DNA of 64,000 nt from Candidatus Taylorbacteria bacterium RIFCSPHIGHO2_12_FULL_45_16 (GCA_001821055.1 MHRT01000004.1:5548-69547); one strand, 5' to 3'. Positions 1 through 10,043 are shown, counted from the stretch's first letter. Notes: generated by a model not told the origin, from the letters alone. Program-made: numbers and translations.

Positions 1-2
1 TA

Positions 3-860
3 GTAATAAAAGAACCATGCCAGCCGGGTCAGACAATGTATGGAGATTATTCTGGTATACCTTATCAATGTGATTATGTACAATTAACCCCTGGAATCTA
101 TAAAGTTTCTACAGAAACGTGGGGGAATAAAAGTAATACATTACAGTTTACGGTCGTAGGCTCTAATTCCCAACCATCTGTTACAGTTCTTTACCCTAAT
201 ATGGGAGAAATGTTAAATAATGGCGGAAGAGATAATATAGCGACAGTTCGATGGACTACCTCAAACTTCGGTAGCATGAATGTTACAGTAGGATTGTTTA
301 ATAAGAATGGAGATTGGATAAAAACAATTGCATCTGATATTCTAAATACAGGAAGTTATAATTGGAAAATGGATCCAACGATAGCAAGTGGTGAGTATAA
401 AATTGCGGTAACCTCACCTCAATCAATGGCTAATGCCGCTACAGGACCAGTTGCTTCCGATTTATCTGACGGTACTTTTGTTATAAGTACACGTTCGATT
501 ACTCCGGGTAAAACATTTGTGACTCTCGTATCACCAAATGGTGGTGAATCTCTTGCAACTGGTAGCAAGATAATTATTAAATGGTCAAGTTTGGGTGAAA
601 AACCAACCTCTGCAACTATAAGTTTAAGAAGTAATGCTCGATGCCCATACGGTTATAGTTGTACTCCGTTACCAAATTCCTTCAGTAACATTGCCGAAAT
701 TAGCGGAAGTAATCTTGATAAGGGAGAATATGAATGGACTGTCGACAAGTTAAATGTTGACGATCATGGCAATGGTTATCTAATTGGAGTACTTATCTCT
801 AAGGATAGTTTAGGTAACGCCAGTTACGATGATAGTGATTCTAGTTTCATTATTAACTAG
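3..860 (+). CDS. Surface/secreted protein with tandem Ig-like domains (5'-truncated by window)
   Basis: Frame open from position 3; two repeats starting V(L/S)YPN(M/G)GE-like (VLYPNMGE, LVSPNGGE) and ending D-S-D-x-x-F-x-I; Ser/Thr rich. Confidence 0.7.
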   Translation, partial: VIKEPCQPGQTMYGDYSGIPYQCDYVQLTPGIYKVSTETWGNKSNTLQFTVVGSNSQPSVTVLYPNMGEMLNNGGRDNIATVRWTTSNFGSMNVTVGLFNKNGDWIKTIASDILNTGSYNWKMDPTIASGEYKIAVTSPQSMANAATGPVASDLSDGTFVISTRSITPGKTFVTLVSPNGGESLATGSKIIIKWSSLGEKPTSATISLRSNARCPYGYSCTPLPNSFSNIAEISGSNLDKGEYEWTVDKLNVDDHGNGYLIGVLISKDSLGNASYDDSDSSFIIN

Positions 861-922
861 TCAGTTCCATTCTAATATCGTCCCACAGCGCGCACAATTG
901 ATCTGTAACATATTCTATTTCA

Positions 923-1510
923 ATGATCACTCATTTTCCAAAGACACATGCCCCAGGATTGTTCTTTAGAGAAGGCATAAAGAAATTCATAAAAAACGGC
1001 TCACTTGTGCCGAGCTCAAAATATTTGGGAAAGATGATGTTGAAGTCGGTCGAAATGAAACAGGGTGTATTCATTGTTGAACTTGGTGCCGGTACGGGCA
1101 CCTTTACCAAAATGATTCTCTCTGAGATGCCAAAAAGTGGTCGATTAGTAGTCTTTGAGATAAATCCAATTTTAGCAGAGTATCTCCGTTGGCAGATTGT
1201 TGATCCGCGTATTATGATCATTGAAGCTGACGCGGTGGATATGGTCAGTCATTTGAGCAATTTGAATACCAATAAACCAAATTACATCATTTCTGGAATA
1301 CCGATCGGTAATATGAGGCCGTCGTTGAGGAAGTCTTTGCTATCGGCAGTACATGAAACCCTAGCTGAAGATGGTTTGTTCATCCAGTTTCAATATTTTC
1401 TGGCGAGTTTGGTTGCAATCAGAAAATTTTTCCATACGAAAATTATCGGCTATGAATACAGGAACATTCCGCCAGCATTCGTCTATAGTTGTAGTAAGAA
1501 GATTTTATGA
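923..1510 (+). CDS. Class I SAM methyltransferase, phospholipid N-methyltransferase (PmtA/COG3963)-like
   Basis: GSLVPSSKYL, VELGAGTG, IISGIP, FIQFQY and NIPPAFVY motifs. Confidence 0.75.
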   Translation: MITHFPKTHAPGLFFREGIKKFIKNGSLVPSSKYLGKMMLKSVEMKQGVFIVELGAGTGTFTKMILSEMPKSGRLVVFEINPILAEYLRWQIVDPRIMIIEADAVDMVSHLSNLNTNKPNYIISGIPIGNMRPSLRKSLLSAVHETLAEDGLFIQFQYFLASLVAIRKFFHTKIIGYEYRNIPPAFVYSCSKKIL

Positions 1511-1597
1511 TGATCGCGCGCTTAGAATCTGAATAATAATCATTTGTCGCCAGACGGCATATGGTACCTGGAGTTGTCTGTATGTTATAATATGTCC

Positions 1598-2608
1598 ATG
1601 AATACCAAAACAACCCCGAAGGATTTTTTCCTTCACCTTGGCGCCACCGTGGCTCTATATGTAGCCGCTGGTGCTCTTATCAATCTCTCGTTCAGTGTTA
1701 TCAATTATTTTCTACCAGACGCTTTGGCCGGATATTTCTACGCCAATTCCGTTGCTTGGCCAATCTCCATGCTGATTGTGCTTATTCCGGTACTTTATAT
1801 TCTGGAATGGCTGATCAATCGTGATATTGCCAGGATGCCCGAAAAGGCTGATTTGTGGATCCGTAAATGGAGGATTTATTTGACCATCTTTCTGGCCGTA
1901 GTCCTTTTTGGAGGAGATTTAATCGCGCTTATAAATACATACTTGAATGGAGAAATAACCGCCCGTCTCGTCTACAAGGTGATCTTGATACTTCTGGTCG
2001 CCGGCTCGGTGGGAAAATATTATTCCTTCAGCATATACACCTCGCATCGTTGGTCAAGAATGATTCGTCGTGCCAATGCCTGGTTTGGCATTATCCTAGT
2101 CATTGTTGCCATCATTCTCGGTTTTGTGGCGGTTGGTTCTCCGGCAAAACAGCGTGCTTTGCGGTTTGACAGCCAGCGTATAAATGACCTTTCCAATATT
2201 CAGTGGCGAATCATCAACTATTGGCAGCAAAAAGAGAAATTGCCGGTGGCGCTCACGGATATCAATGACACTATTTCGGGATTTATCGTACCGACTGATC
2301 CAGAGACCGAGGTGTCCTATGAGTATTCAATAAAGGGAACTTCCAACCAGAAGTCTGTTTCCGGAGATCTTTCATTTGAGCTTTGCGCGACATTCGGTGA
2401 AAAATCACAGGATTTGGAAGGCAAAGGAGAGTTTGGTCGCGGTGGTGGGATGATGTATCCGACGGTCGGGTACGATTCTTCAATCTCGTATCCATATCCT
2501 GGTGGATCCAATGATGTTTGGACTCATGAAGAGGGTAGGACTTGTTTTGACAGAACCATTGATCCGGATATCTACAAGCCCAACAATCCAATTCCGAAGG
2601 GGATATAA
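1598..2608 (+). CDS. Multi-pass membrane protein (DUF5671-like)
   Basis: TTPKDFFLHLG N-terminus, about 5 TM segments, D..RINDL pilin-like C-terminal region; start chosen 6 nt after TGTTATAAT. Confidence 0.65.
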   Translation: MNTKTTPKDFFLHLGATVALYVAAGALINLSFSVINYFLPDALAGYFYANSVAWPISMLIVLIPVLYILEWLINRDIARMPEKADLWIRKWRIYLTIFLAVVLFGGDLIALINTYLNGEITARLVYKVILILLVAGSVGKYYSFSIYTSHRWSRMIRRANAWFGIILVIVAIILGFVAVGSPAKQRALRFDSQRINDLSNIQWRIINYWQQKEKLPVALTDINDTISGFIVPTDPETEVSYEYSIKGTSNQKSVSGDLSFELCATFGEKSQDLEGKGEFGRGGGMMYPTVGYDSSISYPYPGGSNDVWTHEEGRTCFDRTIDPDIYKPNNPIPKGI

Positions 2609-2687
2609 TCCATGCTACAGTAGGTTGTAATTTCGTGCTTTTTATTCACAATTACCAATTCCTCTAATTCATAATTCACCCCTCTCC

Positions 2688-4103
2688 ATGAACCTCGGCA
2701 AGAAAACCAAGATAGTTTGTACTATCGGACCCGTAACCGAAAACCTGGAAAAAATCACCGAACTCATCGACGCCGGAATGAATGTCGCACGTCTTAATTT
2801 TTCGCATGGTGATTTTGCTGAGCACCAGAAGCGCGTTGATAATATCCGTGAAGCCATGAGAAAGACCGGTAAGACCCTGTCCATTCTCCAAGACTTGTGT
2901 GGACCGAAAATCCGCATTGGGACATTCAAGGACAAAATGATCACTCTCCATCAAGGCCAGACCTTCACTTTGACGACCGACGAAGTTGAAGGCGATGAAA
3001 ATAAAGTTCACATCAATTATCCGCAACTGCCTCAGGAAGTTAAAAAGGGAAGTATTATCATGCTTCAGGACGGTAGCAAGCGTTTGGAAGTCTTGGAAAT
3101 TAAAAGCCACGACATTATCACCAAAGTCATGATTGGAGGAAGTCTTTCCGGCCGCAAAGGTGTCAATGTGCCCGGCGCCAACTTGTCACTTTCCGCCTTG
3201 ACCGACAAAGATCGAGCCGATGTCGCGTTTGGCGTCAGAAATAGCGTTGATTTCGTAACCCTTTCTTTTGTCCGTCGCGCCTCCGACATTACTGATTTAC
3301 GCAAAATTCTTGATGACGCAAAGTCTGATGCCCACATTATCGCGAAGATAGAAACACCAGAAGCTCTAGATTGTATAGATGAAATTATTTCCGCTGCCGA
3401 CGGTATCATGATTGCCCGAGGCGATTTGGCTATTGAGATTCCAGCCGAAGAAGTTCCGTTGGTGCAGAAGCTCATCATTTCAAAATGTAACGCGGTCGGT
3501 AAACCGGTGATTACCGCCACGCAGATGCTGGAGTCAATGGTCAAGAATCCAGTCCCGACCCGAGCCGAAGTCTCCGATATTGCCAACGCCATCATCGACG
3601 GTACCGATGCCATCATGCTTTCGGAAGAGACGACACTTGGGGACTTTCCGATTGAAGCGGTCAAAGTCATGACCAAAGTCGCGGCCCGTGTGGAAAAAGA
3701 AATATACACTCGGGATACAATTGCCGGATATAGACCACCGCACGGCGTAACGGATGTAGTCTCGCAATCTGCCGTGCGTTGTGCTCACAATGTCGAAGCT
3801 GCTCTAATTGTCGCCTTGACTCGTTCAGGTCGTTCCGCCCGGATGATCGCTCGGTATCGTCCGGCGGAGCCAGTGTTGGCCCTTTCTGACAACCAAGCTC
3901 ATGCCAACAAATTGATGCTGACATTCGGTTGCTATCCGATGGTTGCGCCGACATTCAAAACGGTTGATGAGATTATGGAAATTGTGCGCAAAGTCACTCT
4001 GGATACTGGACTCGTCAAAAAAGGGGATAAAGTGGTGATAGTCGCCGGAATGCCATTTGGTACCGCGGCGGAGACGAATATGATTTTAGTGGAGACACTT
4101 TAA
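2688..4103 (+). CDS. pyk: Pyruvate kinase
   Basis: KTKIVCTIGP, ARLNFSHG, IIAKIE, MIARGDL, TATQMLESM, PTRAEVSD. Confidence 0.98.
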   Translation: MNLGKKTKIVCTIGPVTENLEKITELIDAGMNVARLNFSHGDFAEHQKRVDNIREAMRKTGKTLSILQDLCGPKIRIGTFKDKMITLHQGQTFTLTTDEVEGDENKVHINYPQLPQEVKKGSIIMLQDGSKRLEVLEIKSHDIITKVMIGGSLSGRKGVNVPGANLSLSALTDKDRADVAFGVRNSVDFVTLSFVRRASDITDLRKILDDAKSDAHIIAKIETPEALDCIDEIISAADGIMIARGDLAIEIPAEEVPLVQKLIISKCNAVGKPVITATQMLESMVKNPVPTRAEVSDIANAIIDGTDAIMLSEETTLGDFPIEAVKVMTKVAARVEKEIYTRDTIAGYRPPHGVTDVVSQSAVRCAHNVEAALIVALTRSGRSARMIARYRPAEPVLALSDNQAHANKLMLTFGCYPMVAPTFKTVDEIMEIVRKVTLDTGLVKKGDKVVIVAGMPFGTAAETNMILVETL

Positions 4104-4222
4104 AACGCAAAGCAAGGAAGCAAAATGGAAAGAAGGGAAGATTAAATTTTTACATAAGCATTCATTGTCGTCCCCAATTTCCCCTTTGCATTTTCCCCGA
4201 ATCTTCATGCTATAATTCCAGC

Positions 4223-4957
4223 ATGCAGAAGAGCATGTACATTATTCCCGATACTACGCTTATTCTCGATCGCCGCCCTCGTGAGTACCCACTCATCTTC
4301 AGGGACCTGCCGGCCAACGAGAAGCCACGCGAAAAGCTTCTGGCTTACGGCCCGGAGGCTCTTTCTATCGCCGAATTGACGGCCCTTCTGCTTGTGACAG
4401 GGACTACCAGAGAGGATGTCCTGGAAATGTCCACACGCCTTGTTCGTGAATATGGAGAGAAAAGTGTTTTTGCTGGGCGAGACCCGGAGAAATTATCCAA
4501 AGAGTTAGATGTGCCAATAGTCAAGGCTTGCGCCATTGTCGCCGTGGGAGAATTGGGTAGACGATTGTATGAACATTCCGAGTCGGGTTTCAAGACCATT
4601 AGAAATGCCAAAGACGCCTACGAATATCTCGTGGACATGCGCAATCTACCTAAGGAACATTTGCGTGGACTATACCTCAATAGCCATAACCGGATTATAG
4701 CCGATGAAGTGATTTCGATCGGCACCGTGAATGCCAATGTCATCCACGCCCGCGAGGTATTCCGTCCGGCTATCGAACGCAATGCCGTGGCCGTTATCTT
4801 GGCACACAATCATCCGTCCGGCGAGTCCACGCCCAGCCTTGAAGATATCACCATTACCAAACAGCTTGTCCAAGCGGGGAAGATATTGGGCATCCGTGTT
4901 TTAGATCATGTCATCATCACCAAGGACGCATTTATGAGTGTGAGTGCGGACTACTAA
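4223..4957 (+). CDS. radC: RadC family JAB-domain protein
   Basis: KPREKLL, REVFRPAI, ILAHNHPSG, LDHVII. Confidence 0.95.
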   Translation: MQKSMYIIPDTTLILDRRPREYPLIFRDLPANEKPREKLLAYGPEALSIAELTALLLVTGTTREDVLEMSTRLVREYGEKSVFAGRDPEKLSKELDVPIVKACAIVAVGELGRRLYEHSESGFKTIRNAKDAYEYLVDMRNLPKEHLRGLYLNSHNRIIADEVISIGTVNANVIHAREVFRPAIERNAVAVILAHNHPSGESTPSLEDITITKQLVQAGKILGIRVLDHVIITKDAFMSVSADY

Positions 4958-5019
4958 TCACAAAGCAAAGATTTAAGCAACACGATCTTTCCTTTTTGCT
5001 TCTTTGCTCTTCTATCTCC

Positions 5020-5346
5020 ATGCGAGATTATCAGCTTACTTCACCTTCTTTGGAGGGTATACTCCATCATGACTCAATCATGTATGAAGGCATTCGTCGA
5101 CCGTTCGAGTTACTGAGAGTCATGGATGGGCCCTTATCGCGAGGCGCTAACAAGCACACCCACATAGCCGAGGTTGTATATACAGAAACCGAGCGGAAAA
5201 TCATTCAAAATTACCTGCAAGATCTCAATCGTTTGTTCATGAAAAAACTTTCACACTTTATGGTAGAATCGGAGTCAAAGCCTGATGAAGGCGTCAAGCT
5301 CCAAGCAATGTTGCAGGAGATGATAAAAATCAAAAAATTGCTATAA
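5020..5346 (+). CDS. Hypothetical protein
   Basis: ORF filling the gap between radC and the MurD-like gene; no recognisable motif. Confidence 0.45.
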   Translation: MRDYQLTSPSLEGILHHDSIMYEGIRRPFELLRVMDGPLSRGANKHTHIAEVVYTETERKIIQNYLQDLNRLFMKKLSHFMVESESKPDEGVKLQAMLQEMIKIKKLL

Positions 5347-5353
5347 TGTGTGC

Positions 5354-6691
5354 ATGATTTTACGCGATTATTTCAAAGGCAAGCGGATTGCCGTTATTGG
5401 GCTGGGCTTGCATGGTGAGATGATCGAAGATGTGAAATATCTTATCAAAGCCGGCGCTTGGGTGTCCATATATGACCTAAAAAGCGAAGCGCGCCTCAAA
5501 AACCATTTGGTTTTTTTGAGGTCCGTTGGTTTGGCCAATTATGTTTGTGGTTCCATTCCGGCGGATGATTTGTTGGACATGGATCTTATTATCTTGTCGC
5601 GAGAATATCCCAAAGACTCGTCTTTTTTGAAAAGCGTCTATGCCCAAAATATCCCCGTTGAATATCAAGAAACTCTTTTCTTCAAGCTGGCTCCTCCGAT
5701 TACATTGGTTGGTGTGATGGGCATTTGCGGCAAATCAACGGTTATTTCTATCCTTACCCCTTTATTGGAAAAAGTTTGTGAAGCGTATGATACACAAGGC
5801 TTATTCGTCGTTGATTCGGAATCCGCCAACGGTGTTTTGACCCATCTCAGGAAGATCAAGAATGGGGATATCGTGATAATGCGTGTTATAGATGAAATGA
5901 TTCCCGAATTGTATGATATGCGTATTAGTCCGCATGTGGCAATATTCACGACGGTGCCGACGACGCGCGGTTCCCTAGCCTCGCCGTTCGATGTGCTTTC
6001 GTACCAGACATATAACAATTTTATCGTGGCGTCCGATGAGGTCATTGATGTGGCTCGTTCCATGCAAATCCAGCCACGCGCGAAAATGTTGCGTACCAAA
6101 GCCACTTTGATCCCCAATGAATGGGGTTTTGAAGGTCGAGGATCGCATGATCGCATGAATGCCTCCTTGGCGCTGGAGGCGGCGCGGTTATTTAAGGTTG
6201 ATGATGATGTAGCCCACCACATTTTCATTGGATGGAAGGCGCTCAAAGGTCGTTTGGAGTTGATAAAAAAGATAAAAGGCGTTGAATTTTTCAATGATAC
6301 CATGTCAATGACGCCGGATTCGACTCTGGCAGGCATTATCTCATTGTCGCAAGATCGCAATGTTATTCTCATTTTGGGCGGGGCTGATGGGGGATATGAA
6401 TATTGCGCGTTGTATAGTCAGTTGCCTCGTCATGTGCATACGATAGTCAATATTCCAGGTAGTGGTACTCTGCGTCAACGCGCGCATATGCAAGATATTG
6501 AGGGTGTTGTAGTGAAGTCAGTTCCGTCAATTGGCGAAGCGGTCAGGACGGCCTTCGAGTGCGCCAAAAAGGGGGATCGGGTCTTGTTTAGTCCCGGCTT
6601 TGACGCTGGTGGCGTTGAAGGCTCCAAAATAGATCGCGGGGAGAGATTCGTGAGAGTAGTAAGGGGGTTGTTGAGTGAGATTATCAGATAA
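5354..6691 (+). CDS. Divergent MurD-like Mur ligase
   Basis: GKRIAVIGLG, P-loop GICGKST, GRLE, FFNDT, LILGG, VLFSPG, RGERF; usual ELSSFQL and DHLD motifs not found. Confidence 0.75.
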   Translation: MILRDYFKGKRIAVIGLGLHGEMIEDVKYLIKAGAWVSIYDLKSEARLKNHLVFLRSVGLANYVCGSIPADDLLDMDLIILSREYPKDSSFLKSVYAQNIPVEYQETLFFKLAPPITLVGVMGICGKSTVISILTPLLEKVCEAYDTQGLFVVDSESANGVLTHLRKIKNGDIVIMRVIDEMIPELYDMRISPHVAIFTTVPTTRGSLASPFDVLSYQTYNNFIVASDEVIDVARSMQIQPRAKMLRTKATLIPNEWGFEGRGSHDRMNASLALEAARLFKVDDDVAHHIFIGWKALKGRLELIKKIKGVEFFNDTMSMTPDSTLAGIISLSQDRNVILILGGADGGYEYCALYSQLPRHVHTIVNIPGSGTLRQRAHMQDIEGVVVKSVPSIGEAVRTAFECAKKGDRVLFSPGFDAGGVEGSKIDRGERFVRVVRGLLSEIIR

Positions 6692-6732
6692 AATTTCACA
6701 GTCGGCGTCGTATTTGTAGTCGGATTATGTCA

Positions 6733-6758
6733 AATCCACAACGCCTGTAAAGAGGGTT
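6733..6758. repeat. 26-bp direct repeat, copy 1
   Basis: AATCCACAACGCCTGTAAAGAGGGTT; 24/26 identical to 8064-8089. Confidence 0.85.
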
Positions 6759-6793
6759 TGGTGACAGAAGTTCTCCCTTTGCTAACTGTGAAA

Positions 6794-7699
6794 TTACTCC
6801 CCGCAGATCATACACACCACCGCACCATCAATCTCATGACTGGTATAAGCGGCCTTCATAGCCCCAACCACCGAAAGGGCACTATTAGTGGAAATAGAGA
6901 GACCGGCATGTTCCTGTACCAATTCCTGTGCAGCTTTGATGTCATCATTTGTCGCCACCCAACCTTTTCCACCGGTTTTTTCGATGAGGGGGATTAGGAT
7001 AGATTTTCGGTAACCGGTGATATCGGTGATAGCGTCGGCTGTTGATCTTTCATCGGACCCGTCGTAGGTTTCGAAGGCATCAGAGAGCGGGTGGCAGGAA
7101 GAGGTTTGGACGATGTGGACTTGAATAGGCAGTTTATTTTTTAGAAAATAGGTGGCCAGAGCCTGGGCAGTGGTGCCGGAAGAGGTTCCGATGAAAATGG
7201 CGCCGATGCTTTGCGTAGGTCTACCCTCCGTCAACTCTTTTGCCAATGATTCGTACCCAGCAAGCGCCTGATCGTCGGTTGATTGACGGAGACTGCGCTT
7301 GCCTTCCTGACTTGCTTGGATAAGCGCTTGTAAAGGCCGTTCTTTTATAAGGACACGGATCCTGCCACTACTTTTTTGAGCGATAGCGCGGATTTTATAA
7401 AGTTTTTTAGGCGAAACATGATTGCCGATAAAGATGTCGAGAGTGGTTATTGGTGTCTGGTTATTGGTGTCTGAAAACTCATTCAATTTCTGTACATGTA
7501 TAGCCGCCGCCAGCGCCGCATTACCGGAAGAAGAAATAGCGAATGCTTGGTCGCCGGTGGCTAGATAATGCTCAATCATTATAGGAATGGAACGACCCTT
7601 GTGCGAGCCATATGGGTGCAGGTCCTCGCGCTTGAAATAGAGGTCGGTAAAACCGATGGCAGAGGCCAATTTTTGATATTGTTCGAGAGGGGTTAGCAT
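6794..7699 (-). CDS. Fold-type II PLP-dependent enzyme (threonine synthase/dehydratase-like)
   Basis: LYFKREDLHPYGSHKGR (PLP lysine), SSSGNAA, GTSSGTT. Confidence 0.85.
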   Translation of the reverse strand: MLTPLEQYQKLASAIGFTDLYFKREDLHPYGSHKGRSIPIMIEHYLATGDQAFAISSSGNAALAAAIHVQKLNEFSDTNNQTPITTLDIFIGNHVSPKKLYKIRAIAQKSSGRIRVLIKERPLQALIQASQEGKRSLRQSTDDQALAGYESLAKELTEGRPTQSIGAIFIGTSSGTTAQALATYFLKNKLPIQVHIVQTSSCHPLSDAFETYDGSDERSTADAITDITGYRKSILIPLIEKTGGKGWVATNDDIKAAQELVQEHAGLSISTNSALSVVGAMKAAYTSHEIDGAVVCMICGE

Positions 7700-7879
7700 A
7701 AGATAAATAATCAATGATGCGATGTTCAATGATCGAACATCATTCGATTTCATTGGTTATTGGTCATTGGAAACTTGATCATTTGCCTTGTCATACTACC
7801 TTTTTTCCGCTACTATGTGAATATCAGCTCACGACAGCTGTCTTTTATCTGATTAATGTTTCATCAAAACCTAAAAACC

Positions 7880-8053
7880 ATGAATATGCTCTGCGTATGT
7901 CCGGAATGTAAAAATACCCTAGATTTATCGCGTTATCCCAACCTTGCCGCCGGCATGGTTATCGAGTGCAATCATTGCGGCATGACTCTATTGGTCAAGG
8001 AGATTGCCACTGATGGCAATGTCAAAACGGAGATTGTTGACGAGGGGAAGTAG
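7880..8053 (+). CDS. LysW-like Zn-ribbon microprotein (57 aa)
   Basis: CPEC...G.VIECNHCG.TL.V pattern as in LysW; acidic tail ending EIVDEGK rather than EDWGE. Confidence 0.7.
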   Translation: MNMLCVCPECKNTLDLSRYPNLAAGMVIECNHCGMTLLVKEIATDGNVKTEIVDEGK

Positions 8054-8063
8054 GGTAGAAGGT

Positions 8064-8089
8064 AATCCACAACGCCTGCGAAGAGGGTT
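8064..8089. repeat. 26-bp direct repeat, copy 2
   Basis: AATCCACAACGCCTGCGAAGAGGGTT. Confidence 0.85.
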
Positions 8090-8113
8090 CAGAATACCTA
8101 TTTCGCTACCTTC

Positions 8114-9529
8114 TTAGGAAGTTAGTCTTTTAACTGTTTCCTCAATCATCCCTCTAAACCCGTGCGACCCGAGAAACACAACCACATCACCCGCATGTGT
8201 TTCTGACGTAACAAACTCGACCAATTTTTGGTCACTTTCAATGTAGGTGACAGACTTATGTGTTTTACCAATAATCGCCGTCAGTTTCTCACCCTCCAAT
8301 GGTTTTTCGACCGCATTTTCATCAACTTTGAGCTTGGTAAGATGCGGAATTATTACAAGATCAGCATCCTTGAACGCCTCATCATACATCGCTACTGAAG
8401 CGCGCTGGCGGCCGCCGATATTCGGCTCGTAGACGACAATAATTTTTTTGTCATAGACCTCGCGAATGCTTTCTAGCACCGAAGCCGCTTTTTCCGGCGT
8501 CGGGGCATGGCAATCGAGAACAGTGACTTCACCTTCAAATCTTTTTTCAAAGCGGCGCTTGATGCCTTTGAAATCGGCGATGGCCTGGATAATTTTCTCC
8601 GGATCAATTTCTACACTATGCGCCATAGCGAAACAGCCCGTAATATTTTCGGCATTGAAGCGGCCAAGCATGGGAGAATGGATTTTCCAGGAAGTTCCGG
8701 CGTGGTTTATAGTGAAATCAAGACCGTTTCTGGTATGCGAGATGGAATGGTAATGATAGGCGGTGCTGGTAGACTTTCCATAGGTTACAATCGGCACTCC
8801 TTTCACCGCACTTTTGTTTCCCAATACTTTATTGACCCCATCATTATCTTTGCAGGCGATAATAATCCCAGTTGGCGGAATTTTTTTAACTAGATTTCTA
8901 AACTCATCGAGGTATGCTTTTTCTGTAGGATAAAGATCGGCATGATCCCAAGAAACAGAGGTAAGCAATAAATGCGTTGGTGCATAATAAACAAATTTCG
9001 GCCTTTTATCAGAAATAGAAACCTGATACTCATCGCCCTCCACGATGCTCCAATCAGAATCGGCGATGGCGCCAGTGCTGTGCGACAAGGAAAGTCCGCC
9101 GGTAAAATAGCTTGGGTCAAGCCCGGCTTGGATGAGGATGAATGACAGCAGGGAAGAAGTGGTAGTTTTGCCCCAGGTGCCCACGGTGACCACGGAATTC
9201 TGCTTGATGAAATATTTGGCTAGGACTTCGGGGTAGGTGTAGACGGGGATGTCGTGTTCGCGGGCATACATGATCTCCGGGTTGGAAGGACTGGTACCTC
9301 CACCGCCAATCATGACAAAGTCGGGTCGGCCAGCCTGCTCGATATTTTCCGGATGCCAGCCGGCGTAAAAAGACACGCCACTCTTCTCGAGTTCAGTGGA
9401 AACCGGCGGATAAAAACCCTTGTCACTGCCCGTAACAGCGACCCCCTTGTTCTTGAAGGCGATGGCAATGGCGCTCGTGGCGACACCACAGATGCCGGTG
9501 ATGTGGACCCTTTTGGGCAAATTGGACAT
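8114..9529 (-). CDS. Mpl/MurC-family UDP-MurNAc peptide ligase
   Basis: HITGICG, VTGSD..FYPPVS, GTWGKTTT, VEGDEY, WDHAD, FKGIKRRFE. Confidence 0.88.
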   Translation of the reverse strand: MSNLPKRVHITGICGVATSAIAIAFKNKGVAVTGSDKGFYPPVSTELEKSGVSFYAGWHPENIEQAGRPDFVMIGGGGTSPSNPEIMYAREHDIPVYTYPEVLAKYFIKQNSVVTVGTWGKTTTSSLLSFILIQAGLDPSYFTGGLSLSHSTGAIADSDWSIVEGDEYQVSISDKRPKFVYYAPTHLLLTSVSWDHADLYPTEKAYLDEFRNLVKKIPPTGIIIACKDNDGVNKVLGNKSAVKGVPIVTYGKSTSTAYHYHSISHTRNGLDFTINHAGTSWKIHSPMLGRFNAENITGCFAMAHSVEIDPEKIIQAIADFKGIKRRFEKRFEGEVTVLDCHAPTPEKAASVLESIREVYDKKIIVVYEPNIGGRQRASVAMYDEAFKDADLVIIPHLTKLKVDENAVEKPLEGEKLTAIIGKTHKSVTYIESDQKLVEFVTSETHAGDVVVFLGSHGFRGMIEETVKRLTS

Positions 9530-9598
9530 GGGAATATCATACAGGAGAATGCATGCGATTTCTATGTTGTCTGAGAGTTATAATTTCACCCAGCGTTA

Positions 9599-9982
9599 TC
9601 ACCTATTTTTTCTTGGAACCGAGATGCGTCTTGATAGATGGTTTTTCAACATTATTTTTTCGCGCAGACGGCGGAATTTGGCCGTGTCCGCGTAATTTTT
9701 GAAGGCTCGGACCTTGAACCTAATAAAATCAAAGCGCTCCCCGTCTATAAGCTTGCCATTTTTGGCGACTTGAAAGCCGAGAAGCGGTGAAGCAGACGAA
9801 AGGTCGACAAGATCAATCTTGTCTTCATTCAATTTTAGTTTCTTTGAAATATGTTCGGAGATGGCAACTCTGTCGGCCAGCGAGAGCGGATTTTTCTCGA
9901 GCACGCCAAAGTCAAAATCAGACGCGGGCGTGGCTATGCCTGAAACTTGAGAACCAAAGGCGATAATAAGCGGCTTTTTCAT
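9599..9982 (-). CDS. Minimal nucleotidyltransferase (MntA-like)
   Basis: FGSQVSG...SDFDFGV and IDLVDL..ASPLL...V...G motifs. Confidence 0.85.
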   Translation of the reverse strand: MKKPLIIAFGSQVSGIATPASDFDFGVLEKNPLSLADRVAISEHISKKLKLNEDKIDLVDLSSASPLLGFQVAKNGKLIDGERFDFIRFKVRAFKNYADTAKFRRLREKIMLKNHLSRRISVPRKNR

Positions 9983-10043
9983 GTATATACCATACCACAA
10001 TCATGGGCACATTTCTACATCAGCATCATAATTTTACCCCGCG

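Noticed and set aside
6794-8053. Canonical LysW-dependent lysine/arginine biosynthesis operon
   Set aside because: No LysZ, LysY, LysJ or LysK genes in the window and the carrier lacks EDWGE
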